A stretch of 64,000 nucleotides of DNA from Candidatus Freyarchaeum deiterrae. Lineage in GTDB: Archaea; Asgardarchaeota; Jordiarchaeia; Jordiarchaeales; Jordiarchaeaceae. Below, in pieces: positions 10,489 through 20,662 of this stretch. The position numbers and the translations under genes are program-made. The stretch spans positions 1,120,001-1,184,000 of the forward strand of contig CP147778.1 in the NCBI GenBank assembly GCA_037305845.1. Reading direction: 5' to 3'. The notes beneath the pieces are model-generated. The model was not told where the DNA came from, did no database searches, and was given only the letters and a program-made list of their open reading frames with translations. The stretch's first letter is position 1, and the number at the start of each line of letters is the position of its first letter.

Positions 10489-10614
10489 AATTCTTTTTTT
10501 AAAAGTTGACAGTTGTGTAGAAATAAATACGGGTCGGATTCAGCTCTTTTAGAAATCGTTATAACCGAATTTTTTTCTTATGATATTTTTAGGAGTTAAT
10601 GGAGAAGGTTTTAC

Positions 10615-11322
10615 GTGTATAAAAAGGCTGAAACCATTATTTCAGTTCTAAAAAATCTAAGAGAAATAAAAACGCTCGATATTGAAGTTTTCAGAAGTAT
10701 AGTAGAAGATCCAGATCTTTTCAACTTGTTGACTACAAAAGGATATAATGATTCAGTCGAACAAAGGATTACCTTTGATTCTGAGTCTGTACTTCAGATA
10801 TCACTAGTCGCCCTAGAATATGGTGCAGATGTAGAAGAGGTTTGCAAACTATTAAGCTGGAAAGAATTTGAAGCTTTTTCAAAAAGTGTACTGGAAAAAA
10901 ACAATTATTTTTGCATCCAAAACTTTAGATTTAAACACAATCAAAAACGGTATGAAATAGATGTCGTAGGTTTTAAAAAACCATTGATACTGTGCATTGA
11001 TTCCAAGCATTACAAAAAATCAGGTAGGAGTAATGTTTTAAGAACTTACTGTAAAAAACAAATCGAGAGAATTGAAGCCCTTTCAAAAGTTTTGCCTGAA
11101 ATGGTTTCAAAATTAAGATTAATTGAATGGAAAGAAGCAAAAATAATACCTTTAATAGTCACACTACTAGCCGAAGACATAGATTTTTCGGAAGGAGTTC
11201 CCGTAATTCCATTTTTTAAACTTAACAATTTCATTGTGGAGTTGCCAGCGCACATTTCCGAAGTACATCAGATTCACACGAAATTCCCCAAGTACACCAG
11301 GCTAGAAGATTATAGGGCATAA
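10615..11322 (+). CDS. PD-(D/E)XK restriction-endonuclease-like protein
   Basis: LSWKEFE, EIDVVG, IDSKH. Confidence 0.75.
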   Translation: MYKKAETIISVLKNLREIKTLDIEVFRSIVEDPDLFNLLTTKGYNDSVEQRITFDSESVLQISLVALEYGADVEEVCKLLSWKEFEAFSKSVLEKNNYFCIQNFRFKHNQKRYEIDVVGFKKPLILCIDSKHYKKSGRSNVLRTYCKKQIERIEALSKVLPEMVSKLRLIEWKEAKIIPLIVTLLAEDIDFSEGVPVIPFFKLNNFIVELPAHISEVHQIHTKFPKYTRLEDYRA

Positions 11323-11379
11323 ACTTGAACGCGGTATATGTTCATAATAAAATATTATTTGTGAGGTAATAGATGATCA

Positions 11380-11515
11380 CGCAGCAACCCACGTGAATGC
11401 GATTAAATACATCCGTCGGATAAGATACAGCAAAGCCATTCTCGGCGGGCTGCACCACCATTATTTTCGGTTTCGGGAGGTTGCGTAACAGACGAAATTA
11501 TTCACCTCCACGAGG
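11380..11515 (+). mobile_element. Relic of integrase/transposase C-terminus
   Basis: Reads RIRYSKAILGGLHHHYFRFREVA* (stop 11488). LGGLHHxY is typical of rve-type integrase C-termini. No upstream gene body. Confidence 0.55.
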
Positions 11516-11525
11516 TTCATATTTT

Positions 11526-12017
11526 TCATATAAAAAATTGTATTATATTATAATTAGCAATATTTTTAGCAAGGTCTAATGGTGAAACATCATAGTTATT
11601 TTTCAAATCTCTATTTGCCCCATTTGATAATAATATCTTTATTAAATCTCCCCTACCTCTTGACCAAAAAACAGCTGTCGATAACGGAGTATTGCCGTAA
11701 TTATCTTTAAGGTCAACCTCTGCATTATTTTCTATCAAGTATTTTGCTATTTCTGGTAAATATTCTGAAGCTGTAAAATGCAGAGCGCTCCAGCCCGCTG
11801 AATCTTGTAAATTTATATCTGCCCCCATTTTGATGAGCGCTTTTATGATTTCTATTTTATTATCAACGACTGCATGCATTAATAGTGTCCTTTCATCCCT
11901 ATCACGAAAATTTATATTAATTCCTTCATTTATTAGCTCTGTTAAAGATTTCAAATCTCCTTTATCAACAGCTGCAATAACTTTTTTTTGATCAGTTCTC
12001 TTTGTACTCATACTCAT
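11526..12017 (-). CDS. Ankyrin-repeat protein (probable immunity protein)
   Basis: Ankyrin repeats RTLLMHAV, GWSALHFTA, GNTPLSTAV, SPLDLA; very low GC. Confidence 0.85.
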   Translation of the reverse strand: MSMSTKRTDQKKVIAAVDKGDLKSLTELINEGININFRDRDERTLLMHAVVDNKIEIIKALIKMGADINLQDSAGWSALHFTASEYLPEIAKYLIENNAEVDLKDNYGNTPLSTAVFWSRGRGDLIKILLSNGANRDLKNNYDVSPLDLAKNIANYNIIQFFI

Positions 12018-12183
12018 GACTCCAATTTGATTTTGGACTTTCAATCTGATATGAATATGGATTATTCATACGTTTTTTAAATTCTTTTTGTAAGTCCTTC
12101 AAATTGAGCTTTAGTTTTTCGTTTCGAAATTCATGTCCACGTTTGTGCCATAAATCATATTTTCCTTGAATTACTTGTTGCAT
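11992..12183 (-). pseudogene. GH-E (HNH/EndoVII) nuclease toxin tip, orphan or degenerate
   Basis: YDLWHKRGHEF...NNPYSYQIESPKSNWSHEYE resembles the GH-E consensus; overlaps the ankyrin gene start. Confidence 0.6.
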
Positions 12184-12246
12184 AAACTATCCTCCGATTA
12201 TTCATCATTTTTTGAACTATACCCATGGTTTGGAATTATTTGAAAG

Positions 12247-12783
12247 TTAGATAGCAGACATTATTTCCGTGAATACTTTTTGATAGACCTCGTCTCTGTT
12301 ATTTCTCGTCAAGTTGAGTATCTCTACATCCTTCCTTTTCTTAACTTCATCAACAAAAGGGTGTTGAACATTTTTTCCAATTGTTCCCAATATAGGTTTT
12401 GAGGAATCAAATGCTTCACGCACCGCAACGACAAACTCTGATGCAAATAACTCCATCTTTCCAATTTCATCAATCACAATCAAATCTGCTTTATCAACCG
12501 CCTGAATAAGTCCCTTCACCCCTATATTTTGGATATTTTCAATAATCACACCATATTTACCTACTCTGTACCGACTCCTCACATCGACCTTAGCTAAAAA
12601 ATCCTGTTCTCCAGTCAGAAGATTAACTATAAGAAAACCTACGCGGATATTTTTATCACGCACCTCAGGTGTAATCACACCTCCAACTATCCGGTTACGA
12701 GACCGAACTTCTTCAATAATTTTGTTGATTAAGCTGCTTTTTCCAACTCCTGGAAGCCCTGTAATCAACAAATTAACTTTCAT
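12247..12783 (-). CDS. THEP1-family NTPase
   Basis: GLPGVGKS, RVGKYGV, IVIDEIGKMEL. Confidence 0.92.
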   Translation of the reverse strand: MKVNLLITGLPGVGKSSLINKIIEEVRSRNRIVGGVITPEVRDKNIRVGFLIVNLLTGEQDFLAKVDVRSRYRVGKYGVIIENIQNIGVKGLIQAVDKADLIVIDEIGKMELFASEFVVAVREAFDSSKPILGTIGKNVQHPFVDEVKKRKDVEILNLTRNNRDEVYQKVFTEIMSAI

Positions 12784-12992
12784 TCAGTTTTCACCCCATG
12801 AAATATATCTTAAAACAATGCTAAGAGAAACAAATAAAACTTCATAGACTCTCATCTATAAGCGACTCGGTTTAATATTACTCATTTGCCAAAATGTAAT
12901 TGCATGTCCTACCCTTAAACAATAAGCTTGATATTCTTTCGGAGAGATATAAAGTTATTAAATCCAAAATGTCAAATTCGGAGAAATGTTTT

Positions 12993-13631
12993 ATGAGAGA
13001 GGAGGACGAACGTTTACGGAGAAGCGCAATCCGCTTGGTTGCGGATATTCAAGGTGTTCAGGGAAGCTTTGAGTTTGAAGTGACTTCTTTTTTTGAGAGG
13101 CTGCGTAAAGAGCTTTTAGAAAGTGAAAAAACAGTTTTTAGTAACGTCGAGATGAATAGAGTTCTTACACGCTTACAGGATTTAGTAACTGATCTCCTAA
13201 ATCAAATAGTGGATAAGATTTCTGTCGAGGCGGTAAAACAGATTCAAATAGCATTGGGAAACTTGAAGGATGTCCGAGAATCTGAGTCGTTAGCTGAAAA
13301 AACGACTTCAGTAGCAAAGAAGGAAGCCTTGGATTATAGATTTAACAAATATGTTGTAGGCCTGGAGACCCGTGTTAAAGCCCTTGAAGAAAACGAAATT
13401 GCCAGAAAAAACTGGTTAAGAAAAGTGCTAAGCCATGATAAGAAGTATAAAATTCTGAGTTTACTGGAAAAGGAAAAATCGATGGATTACGCAGAAATTT
13501 CCAAACAACTCTCACTCACCAAATCAAAAGTGAGAGAATATATTACGGAGTTAGAAAAAAACAACCTCATCTTTGTAGACAAAACAAAAAAACCATATTC
13601 AGTTACACTCAAACAAACCCTATGGGTTTAG
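12993..13631 (+). CDS. Coiled-coil protein with C-terminal winged HTH (start uncertain, 12969 or 12993)
   Basis: EISKQLSLTKSKVREYITELEKNNLI. Confidence 0.7.
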   Translation: MREEDERLRRSAIRLVADIQGVQGSFEFEVTSFFERLRKELLESEKTVFSNVEMNRVLTRLQDLVTDLLNQIVDKISVEAVKQIQIALGNLKDVRESESLAEKTTSVAKKEALDYRFNKYVVGLETRVKALEENEIARKNWLRKVLSHDKKYKILSLLEKEKSMDYAEISKQLSLTKSKVREYITELEKNNLIFVDKTKKPYSVTLKQTLWV

Positions 13632-13684
13632 CCACTTTTGAACCAATTTAAGTACATAAATTAGCTTAGGAGGATTAGGATTAA

Positions 13685-13987
13685 ATGGTTCGAATAATCG
13701 TGGAGTATTTCTTCAATCCAAATTCAACCGAATGTAAAAACTACATGAAAATTGTAGTAAACCCACTAATCAGAGAACAAATGAAAGAAGTGGAATGGAG
13801 AATAATCAATATTTATGACCCGAAAGAAAAGGAAAAAATGGAAGAGTATAAAATAAATGCCGTACCAGCTCTGGTGGTTAACAAAAAAAGAATTCTTATA
13901 GGATACAAAACTCAAAAGGATGTAAAATCCGTGATACAGGAAGAAATAGAATATGAGAGAAAAAGGAGAGAAGTTAAACTCGGCTAA
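13685..13987 (+). CDS. Thioredoxin-fold protein lacking a full CxxC
   Basis: YKINAVPALVVN; SxxC (STEC) at the active-site position. Confidence 0.7.
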   Translation: MVRIIVEYFFNPNSTECKNYMKIVVNPLIREQMKEVEWRIINIYDPKEKEKMEEYKINAVPALVVNKKRILIGYKTQKDVKSVIQEEIEYERKRREVKLG

Positions 13988-14172
13988 TTTCTAAAGAGAT
14001 ACCATGTTAAATTTTCCCCTTTTTTTCCCCGCCATTTTTTGCGACACCTCAACATAGTACGCAGCGTCTTTAACTATACCTAATACACCACAATTAAGAC
14101 AGAATACAGAACCAATCTAACCAGCAGCCAGTCCCCCAATATTAGTCGTATATATCGGGTGAAACTAAGCTA

Positions 14173-14637
14173 TCAAAGTTCAGCTCCACAGTTCGGACAA
14201 ATTGTTTCTGTTTCTAAAACTTTGGCTCCACAATATTTGCAGCGAGTAAACACAACTTCCCCTTTTTCAACCACTTCCCTAACTACTGGTCGTGGCTCCG
14301 TGCTAACTCCTTGAGTTTCATTCCAAGGCTCGGTCTCTGTTGTATAATTTCTCTGATTTCTCGAAGACACTGCGCCTAACATTGCAAGTATTATCGAAAT
14401 TGTAATAGTAAATATTCCTATGTACAATGTCGAGTTCCAAGGCAATAACTGTGAGTTTGTGTTCGAAATTAGAAAATAAACATATATGGCAGTCTCAGTA
14501 GGAGACAAAAAAGGAGGTATATCTGTCGGCATATTACCATTAACTGAGAAAATGTTGAATATGGATATTAGTATGACTGTTAATCCTATACAGAATAAGG
14601 TTAATCCTATTGTAAGGCTTTTCTCCACATCAGTCAC
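14173..14637 (-). CDS. Membrane protein with C-terminal zinc ribbon
   Basis: TM helices; CKYCG...CPNCGAEL. Confidence 0.7.
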   Translation of the reverse strand: MTDVEKSLTIGLTLFCIGLTVILISIFNIFSVNGNMPTDIPPFLSPTETAIYVYFLISNTNSQLLPWNSTLYIGIFTITISIILAMLGAVSSRNQRNYTTETEPWNETQGVSTEPRPVVREVVEKGEVVFTRCKYCGAKVLETETICPNCGAEL

Positions 14638-14736
14638 TCTCGTGTGCGGCCAAAAGGCTCCGTTTATGACCCTCTTATAATTTACTTAGTATATATTCTT
14701 TTTGATTTGGCGTCTAGCAAATTAGACACATAAAGT

Positions 14737-16668
14737 TTATTCAAGTTTTTTCGCAATTTCCTGCAACACCTCAACACAACGAGTACCGTCCTCCACCGTA
14801 ACCTGGGGACGCATGTTGTTAGCTACGCACTGCACAAAGTAATCAATTTCAGCACTATAAGAAACATGTGTTCTGCTGATCGCACTAGTGGCTAAATTCA
14901 TTAGGTCGGTTAAGCGTGATTCGACACTGTAGCGGCTTTCTTTCTTATCACCTTTTCTTTTCAGTTTTATGGCGAAGGGAGATCTTAAAACGTCTAACCG
15001 TATGGAGGCTTTTTTTCCTGTTATTTCCCAGGGAAATGAGGGAATTATGCTACTTCCGAACCAGCTTAATTCAATATTAGCTGCTGCTCCGCTTTCCATA
15101 GCCAAGTTTAAATCAGCGTGGTCATATACGCCGTATCTCTCTGCAACTGCTGTTGCTTTCTGCACTTTTTCAATTTCTCCGCATACGAATCTTAGCGTAT
15201 CGATTGTGTGAGGACCCAAATCGGATACGACGCCGGTTTTTTCTTTGAATCGGAACGGCATCACGGATTTCCATGTTCTCTGGTCACTCTTGAAGTGTAC
15301 TTTTATTTCTTTCAAATCTCCGAGTTTTCCTCGTGACACTATTTCATTTGCGAGTTTTACGCTGGGTGTGAAGCGATAATTGAAGGCGGGCATAACGAAT
15401 TTCTTTGTTCCGTCCATTGCCTTCTCAACCGCGTAACAATCGTCCACGCCGGTTGCGAGGGGCTTTTCACACAGAACATGTTTTCCATTTTTTAGAGCTT
15501 CTATAGTCATGACTCTGTGAAGTTCGGGGGGTGTGCAGATGGAAACGGCGTCAATTTTCTTATTAGCCAAAAGATCGTGATAATCGGTATAAATCTCTTG
15601 AACGTGAAACTTCTTCTTAATTGCCAAAAGTCTTTCTTCGTTGAGATCTGCGGCGGCAACCAGTTTCACATTTCCAAGCTTAGCATATCCTGGAAGATGC
15701 AGGAGTTCAGCGATTTTTCCTGCGCCAATTACTCCTATTCCGACCTCTTTAGTTCCCGGAACCTTTCTGCTCTTACTAGGGAGAACCAGCATTCTCAGTG
15801 TTGAGGTACCGTCTTTTGCTATTCCTGTGACTGAAAGCTCTGGTCCTCTGAATTTTCTGGCGAGGGATTTGAAGTCGTCTCCTACTATTTCGATTTTTGA
15901 GAGGTCTATTTCGCCTAATCCTCCCTGATGGGTCTTAACAATGGTCTTTATTTTTTCGGGTTTGAAGCCCATTAGATGTGCTGCGACGGAGTCAACGGTA
16001 ACAGGATCCCTGCCGCAAAGAATTACGTTCATTTCTACAGGAGTGCCTACTAGGGGGCCTCTGCCTTCCATTCCTATAATTCCGTCTACCACGATAAGGT
16101 CTTGTCTTACGGCTAGGTTTACCAGGGGGATTATTTCGCCCAGAATGGGGTGATAAAAGGCGGCTTTGCTCTTTTCGGGGAGCAGCCCGTAGAGGTTTTT
16201 GAGCGCAACTGTGATTACTGTGTTTTCGTGCGTCTTCAGTTTTGGAACATTTATAAAATAAGGGGCATCTAGGACAGTTTTTGGTAGGCGAATCTTTTGT
16301 TGATGTACGTCCACCTCTTTTATTTCATCGCGGCTGAGGTTAAGGAAGGAGATGTTGTTTTTCCTTACAATGCCCATTGCTCCGCTCTGCTCCATTCTTA
16401 TTTCAGCGGGGTTTGAGGTGCTATCGCTCTCCACGACCAAGACGTTATTTGAGTGCTCCTTAGCCACTCTGATAACAGCATCTAAAACACGTAGATCTGT
16501 GTTTATGCAGCAGTAAAGGTCCTTGTGGTATGCAATGTTGGGTTTGATTACTATCTGGTCGCCACGGTCTACGTCTATTCCGCCAATTAGTTCAATTCCT
16601 TTTCTAACCGTGGTTTCTATGTCCTTTACTTTCAACAAACTTACCTTAGGCAAATTCTGGTCCTCCAA
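14737..16668 (-). CDS. DUF362 domain fused to Gfo/Idh/MocA oxidoreductase
   Basis: N-half IKPN, PKLKTH, DGIIGMEGRGP; C-half GVIGAGKIA, HVLCEKP, DLGPHTID. Confidence 0.85.
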   Translation of the reverse strand: MEDQNLPKVSLLKVKDIETTVRKGIELIGGIDVDRGDQIVIKPNIAYHKDLYCCINTDLRVLDAVIRVAKEHSNNVLVVESDSTSNPAEIRMEQSGAMGIVRKNNISFLNLSRDEIKEVDVHQQKIRLPKTVLDAPYFINVPKLKTHENTVITVALKNLYGLLPEKSKAAFYHPILGEIIPLVNLAVRQDLIVVDGIIGMEGRGPLVGTPVEMNVILCGRDPVTVDSVAAHLMGFKPEKIKTIVKTHQGGLGEIDLSKIEIVGDDFKSLARKFRGPELSVTGIAKDGTSTLRMLVLPSKSRKVPGTKEVGIGVIGAGKIAELLHLPGYAKLGNVKLVAAADLNEERLLAIKKKFHVQEIYTDYHDLLANKKIDAVSICTPPELHRVMTIEALKNGKHVLCEKPLATGVDDCYAVEKAMDGTKKFVMPAFNYRFTPSVKLANEIVSRGKLGDLKEIKVHFKSDQRTWKSVMPFRFKEKTGVVSDLGPHTIDTLRFVCGEIEKVQKATAVAERYGVYDHADLNLAMESGAAANIELSWFGSSIIPSFPWEITGKKASIRLDVLRSPFAIKLKRKGDKKESRYSVESRLTDLMNLATSAISRTHVSYSAEIDYFVQCVANNMRPQVTVEDGTRCVEVLQEIAKKLE

Positions 16669-16766
16669 ACACTATAATTAAACGTGGTATAGATTTTTAT
16701 CTGTTAGTTTGCGATTAGAGCGCTCCCGCTATAGAGCCGTTATAAGTACTATTCAATGGATACGTC

Positions 16767-17981
16767 TTATTTTTGAGTCTTTTCCCACTCCACTTCCTTT
16801 CTTCTTACTCTGAAAAATAAAATATTCTGGTAAAGAACCAAAAAGGATAAGGGCACGAAGTAGAGCCAAGCTCTAATCTTTCCAAGTCTTATACAAAAGA
16901 TGAGAGCGCCTAGACCATTCCAAAAGCTCGTTCCTAAACAAAGGAGGAATAGGGGTAGAACTTCGTGGTAAAATAGGCCAAGAGCTAGTGTGATTGGTAG
17001 GAGGGCTAGGCATACTGCGTTTAGTGATGGAGCGATGTATCTAGCGGAGAATGATAGGAAGTTCGGAATTCGAGGTTTTGGGAACATTTTCAAGCGTAGG
17101 TGACTATACTTTGCTGTGGCTTGGTCTGATCCTCTGCTCCATCTCCTTCTCTGTCGGACAAAATCCTTTAAGGAAGGAGGTTCAAGCACCTTTACTCCGG
17201 GCTCATCCGTGTATACTATTCTATAGCCGTCGGCGTAGATTCTGTACCATAATTCATGGTCCTCTGCCAACATTTCAGGATCCCAGCCTCCAGTTTGCTC
17301 GAGGTAGGAACGCCTCACAGCGTAGTTGTATCCGATTAGAGCCGGTGTGGCTACTAGTTGTCCTCCCTGCCAGAGTGTGTACTCAAGGTCGATTGTTCGA
17401 CTGAGAGTGTTACGCCTTTCAGCTTCGTATCTTCCCTGGACCGCCATTACCTCTGGTTTGTCAAAGTGCTTAACAAGGTTCACTACTGAGTTTGGATTAA
17501 TACTGCAATCCGCATCATATATTGCGACTATTTCTCCTTTCGATACTGATAGTGCTTCGTTTAAACCGTAGGCCTTTGTGAGCCGCTTTTTGTGTTTTAT
17601 TCGCTTCGCGTTTTTCCAATTTTTTGTTTTTTTCTCAATAATTTTGAAGGTGGAATCGGTTGAGTCGTCAACAAAAACGAACTCAATTTTGTCTTGAGGG
17701 TAGTTCAAGTTACCCAGGCTATCCAAAACACGTTCAACATTTTTCTCCTCATTGTAAGAGGGTACAATTACTGTAACTGTCGGTAAATTCTTTTTTTCAT
17801 CCACTGTTCTTCTTCTCCTTTTGAAAATAGAAGCTAGGGCGGTAAGAACATAAATGAGGGGAACTACTGCCAGAAATATTCCTAAAAAGATGTAAACCAC
17901 AATAAGTATCCAAGGTAAGTCGAATATCCGAAGTATATTGAATATCCAGGGAAAGTTGAATATCCAAGGGAGACATGGCAA
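16767..17981 (-). CDS. GT2 processive-type glycosyltransferase
   Basis: PSYNEE, YDAD, AED, QRRRW, flanking TM helices. Confidence 0.88.
   Translation of the reverse strand: MPCLPWIFNFPWIFNILRIFDLPWILIVVYIFLGIFLAVVPLIYVLTALASIFKRRRRTVDEKKNLPTVTVIVPSYNEEKNVERVLDSLGNLNYPQDKIEFVFVDDSTDSTFKIIEKKTKNWKNAKRIKHKKRLTKAYGLNEALSVSKGEIVAIYDADCSINPNSVVNLVKHFDKPEVMAVQGRYEAERRNTLSRTIDLEYTLWQGGQLVATPALIGYNYAVRRSYLEQTGGWDPEMLAEDHELWYRIYADGYRIVYTDEPGVKVLEPPSLKDFVRQRRRWSRGSDQATAKYSHLRLKMFPKPRIPNFLSFSARYIAPSLNAVCLALLPITLALGLFYHEVLPLFLLCLGTSFWNGLGALIFCIRLGKIRAWLYFVPLSFLVLYQNILFFRVRRKEVEWEKTQK
17902..17973 (-). repeat. Four degenerate 18-bp tandem repeats (PWIFNx) at GT2 N-terminus
   Basis: ATCC recurs at 17908, 17926, 17944 and 17962. 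Confidence 0.7.
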
Positions 17982-17983
17982 TT

Positions 17984-18901
17984 TTACTTTCTCCTAATGA
18001 TTTTTTCAATTTTTATCATGCTATCCAAAGTTTTCAATGGTTCTTTTGCGAGAAGGGCTGGAGCAAGATATCCTGCGGCGTAGAATAAATGGCATAAGAG
18101 GTTTGGTCTCCAAAATGCCAAGTATCCGTATAGAGATGCAAGTAGGAGTCCCACATTAATTATGGTTTTGCTAAGATTTCTACCGTAGAGATAATAATCG
18201 CCCACACTTATCATGTAGGCTCTTTTAAGCATATTTTCAATTTCTATGCGGTCCCTCCAAACTTTATGGAGAACCTCAGCTTTGGGGGCATAAACAACTC
18301 TATGCCCAGAGTCCCGCACTCTATTACTTATACTGATTTCTTCACCAAAAACCTTTACACCATGTGGACCCAGTTGCTCTTTAAACCCTCCAATTTTTAG
18401 TGCTAAATCCTTTCTAATTGCTAGGTTTCCTCCAATTGGAAAGTATATGTCCTTACTCTTTTCTCCCAAATTTGTGATACCCAGGATTCCATAGACATCC
18501 TTTCCAAGCCATCTCGGCTTCTCGACTCCCACCATTAGTAGACTTATTTTCCCTCCAACACATCCAACAACCTCATCTTCAAAAGCACTAATAATTTCTT
18601 TCAACCAGGATTTAGTTGTGATGCAATCATCATCAACAAATGCCACTATGTCACCAGCAGCGATTTTGAGTCCATAATTTCTCGCGGCAGCTATTCCTAT
18701 TCTCTTGGAAGGTCTTACAATTTTAACATTTGAAAAACCCGAAAATTTTGATTTAAGCGCTTCAAAGCTTCCATCTTCGGACCAATTATCAATAACAATA
18801 ATTTCATAATCGCCTTTAAAGTTCTGATGAATTACACTCTCCACACAATCCAATACGTGGTCTTTTCTATTGAAGGTTAGAATAACTACTGATGAAATCA
18901 T
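17984..18901 (-). CDS. GT2 glycosyltransferase
   Basis: ILTFNR, IDNWSED, ARNYG, FVDDD. Confidence 0.9.
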   Translation of the reverse strand: MISSVVILTFNRKDHVLDCVESVIHQNFKGDYEIIVIDNWSEDGSFEALKSKFSGFSNVKIVRPSKRIGIAAARNYGLKIAAGDIVAFVDDDCITTKSWLKEIISAFEDEVVGCVGGKISLLMVGVEKPRWLGKDVYGILGITNLGEKSKDIYFPIGGNLAIRKDLALKIGGFKEQLGPHGVKVFGEEISISNRVRDSGHRVVYAPKAEVLHKVWRDRIEIENMLKRAYMISVGDYYLYGRNLSKTIINVGLLLASLYGYLAFWRPNLLCHLFYAAGYLAPALLAKEPLKTLDSMIKIEKIIRRK

Positions 18902-19174
18902 GATAAATTACCCTTCGTACTTAGTATTGCACTCTTTTTTTTATTTTTCGGAAAATATTTATCCATTTTTAGAGTGTACTACCTAAAAGAAGTATTAATA
19001 AGACCTTCCTTAAGAAAGGGAGTAAAAAGTAGCAATCAAGAACATCAAAAAAAATAATTATTAATTGCGGTCAGAATGTTCAGAGGGTAAATTTTGCTAA
19101 TAAAAAGGTTTTAAAATAATTTATAATTAAGTACGAGAGTGAAAATTTCGAAAAGTAGCATGAGGAGATAGTAA

Positions 19175-20095
19175 ATGGTGTTGTCCGTTTCCGTTGTTTT
19201 ATGTGCGTATAATCGTAAGAATGATGTAACGGAGTGTTTGGAGAGTATTCTGAAGCAGAATTATCCCAATTTTGATGTGTGGGTTGTGGATGATGCTTCA
19301 ACTGATGGAACTTATGAATTTTTGAAAAAGAAGTTCGGAGACAATAAAAAGCTTCACATTATTAGAAATGATACGGAAATGGGAAACACCAGTTCTAGGA
19401 ACATGGTTATGCATGAATCTAAGGGAGAAATCCTAGTCTCCACGGACGATGACTGTATAGTACATCAAAACTGGATAGCGAACCTAGTTAAAGAGTTTGA
19501 GAAATCACCGCAAATAGGTCTTGTAACCGGAAAAGTGCTTCCCATATTTTATAAAGAGGTTCCTCAATGGTTGGAGCCTCCGATCTACCCTATACTGGCA
19601 ATAAGAACAGAAAATCAGCGTACTGAAGCGCTGAATCCTTATGGTTGTAACATGGCGGTACTTAGAAGTGTTATGGAGAAAATAAACTATCTGAATGAAG
19701 ATATTACCAGAAAATATGGCGGCTTATATTCTGGAGAGGATACAGATCTAGGATTAAGAGTGAGAGCGGCGGGATATAAGATAATTTACACTCCTGAAGC
19801 TGCGGTTGAACACAAAATGTTTCCAGAACGTTTAACAAAAGAACATTTTATTAGACGAGCTCTATACTTTGGCATGTCCGAACAAGTCTACGCTGGTTCA
19901 AACATGTGGAAATTGCTGGATGGCGCCGCCAATATAATAATATTCCTGTTCAAGTATATTGTGAAAACAAGATTCTCAACTTTAACACTCATAGCCTACA
20001 AAACGGGTTTTATGATCAAAGCACTAGGAGGAGACGAAGTGGCTCTTGAGAGATGGAGAAAATGGTTCATGCGCCTAGCCCAAAAAACTAAGTAA
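19175..20095 (+). CDS. GT2 glycosyltransferase (divergent paralog of 17984..18901)
   Basis: CAYNR, VDDASTD, TDDD, GEDTDLGLR. Confidence 0.9.
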   Translation: MVLSVSVVLCAYNRKNDVTECLESILKQNYPNFDVWVVDDASTDGTYEFLKKKFGDNKKLHIIRNDTEMGNTSSRNMVMHESKGEILVSTDDDCIVHQNWIANLVKEFEKSPQIGLVTGKVLPIFYKEVPQWLEPPIYPILAIRTENQRTEALNPYGCNMAVLRSVMEKINYLNEDITRKYGGLYSGEDTDLGLRVRAAGYKIIYTPEAAVEHKMFPERLTKEHFIRRALYFGMSEQVYAGSNMWKLLDGAANIIIFLFKYIVKTRFSTLTLIAYKTGFMIKALGGDEVALERWRKWFMRLAQKTK

Positions 20096-20196
20096 ATCCA
20101 AGTTTTAAAACAAAAATCCAAATCAAATAGCAAGACAATAAATGTTTAGAAATTCAGGTATTTTTAAAAAATATACTTTGGCTTAAAAAATTTGGA

Positions 20197-20553
20197 ATGG
20201 TGTTTTTGATGGAAGATTTTGAAATTTACTGTTTTGCCGAAAAAATGAAGACACTTTCAATTATTTTTTCATCTATCCTCACGAGGTACTCGAACTATCT
20301 GAACGATAATAAGGAACCAGAACCAAAGGAAATTATTTGGTGGGTGCTAGATGAGATTTGCCGCGAAGCCAGTATAGCTGTCAATGTTACAAAATCCCAG
20401 CTTCTTTCTAATGCATTAGACCTATTTAATGAAGCTGGAGAAAGTGTGACCGCAGGCAATGTTGAAGAAGCAATCAGAAAAATAGCCCAAGCAACAACGA
20501 GAATTACCACCGAGGCTGATAAAACTTTACGAAAAATAGAAAGGAAAAAGTAG
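20197..20553 (+). CDS. Hypothetical helical protein
   Basis: ORF with coding-like composition. Confidence 0.55.
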   Translation: MVFLMEDFEIYCFAEKMKTLSIIFSSILTRYSNYLNDNKEPEPKEIIWWVLDEICREASIAVNVTKSQLLSNALDLFNEAGESVTAGNVEEAIRKIAQATTRITTEADKTLRKIERKK

Positions 20554-20662
20554 GAAAAACTACCTACTCACCAATTGGATATGCCAAGTTCTCTTAGGTT
20601 CAATTAATACGTTAGTAGCAGATACCGCTATTCATTGTTTTTTGAAGTGGCTAGTTGTTACC

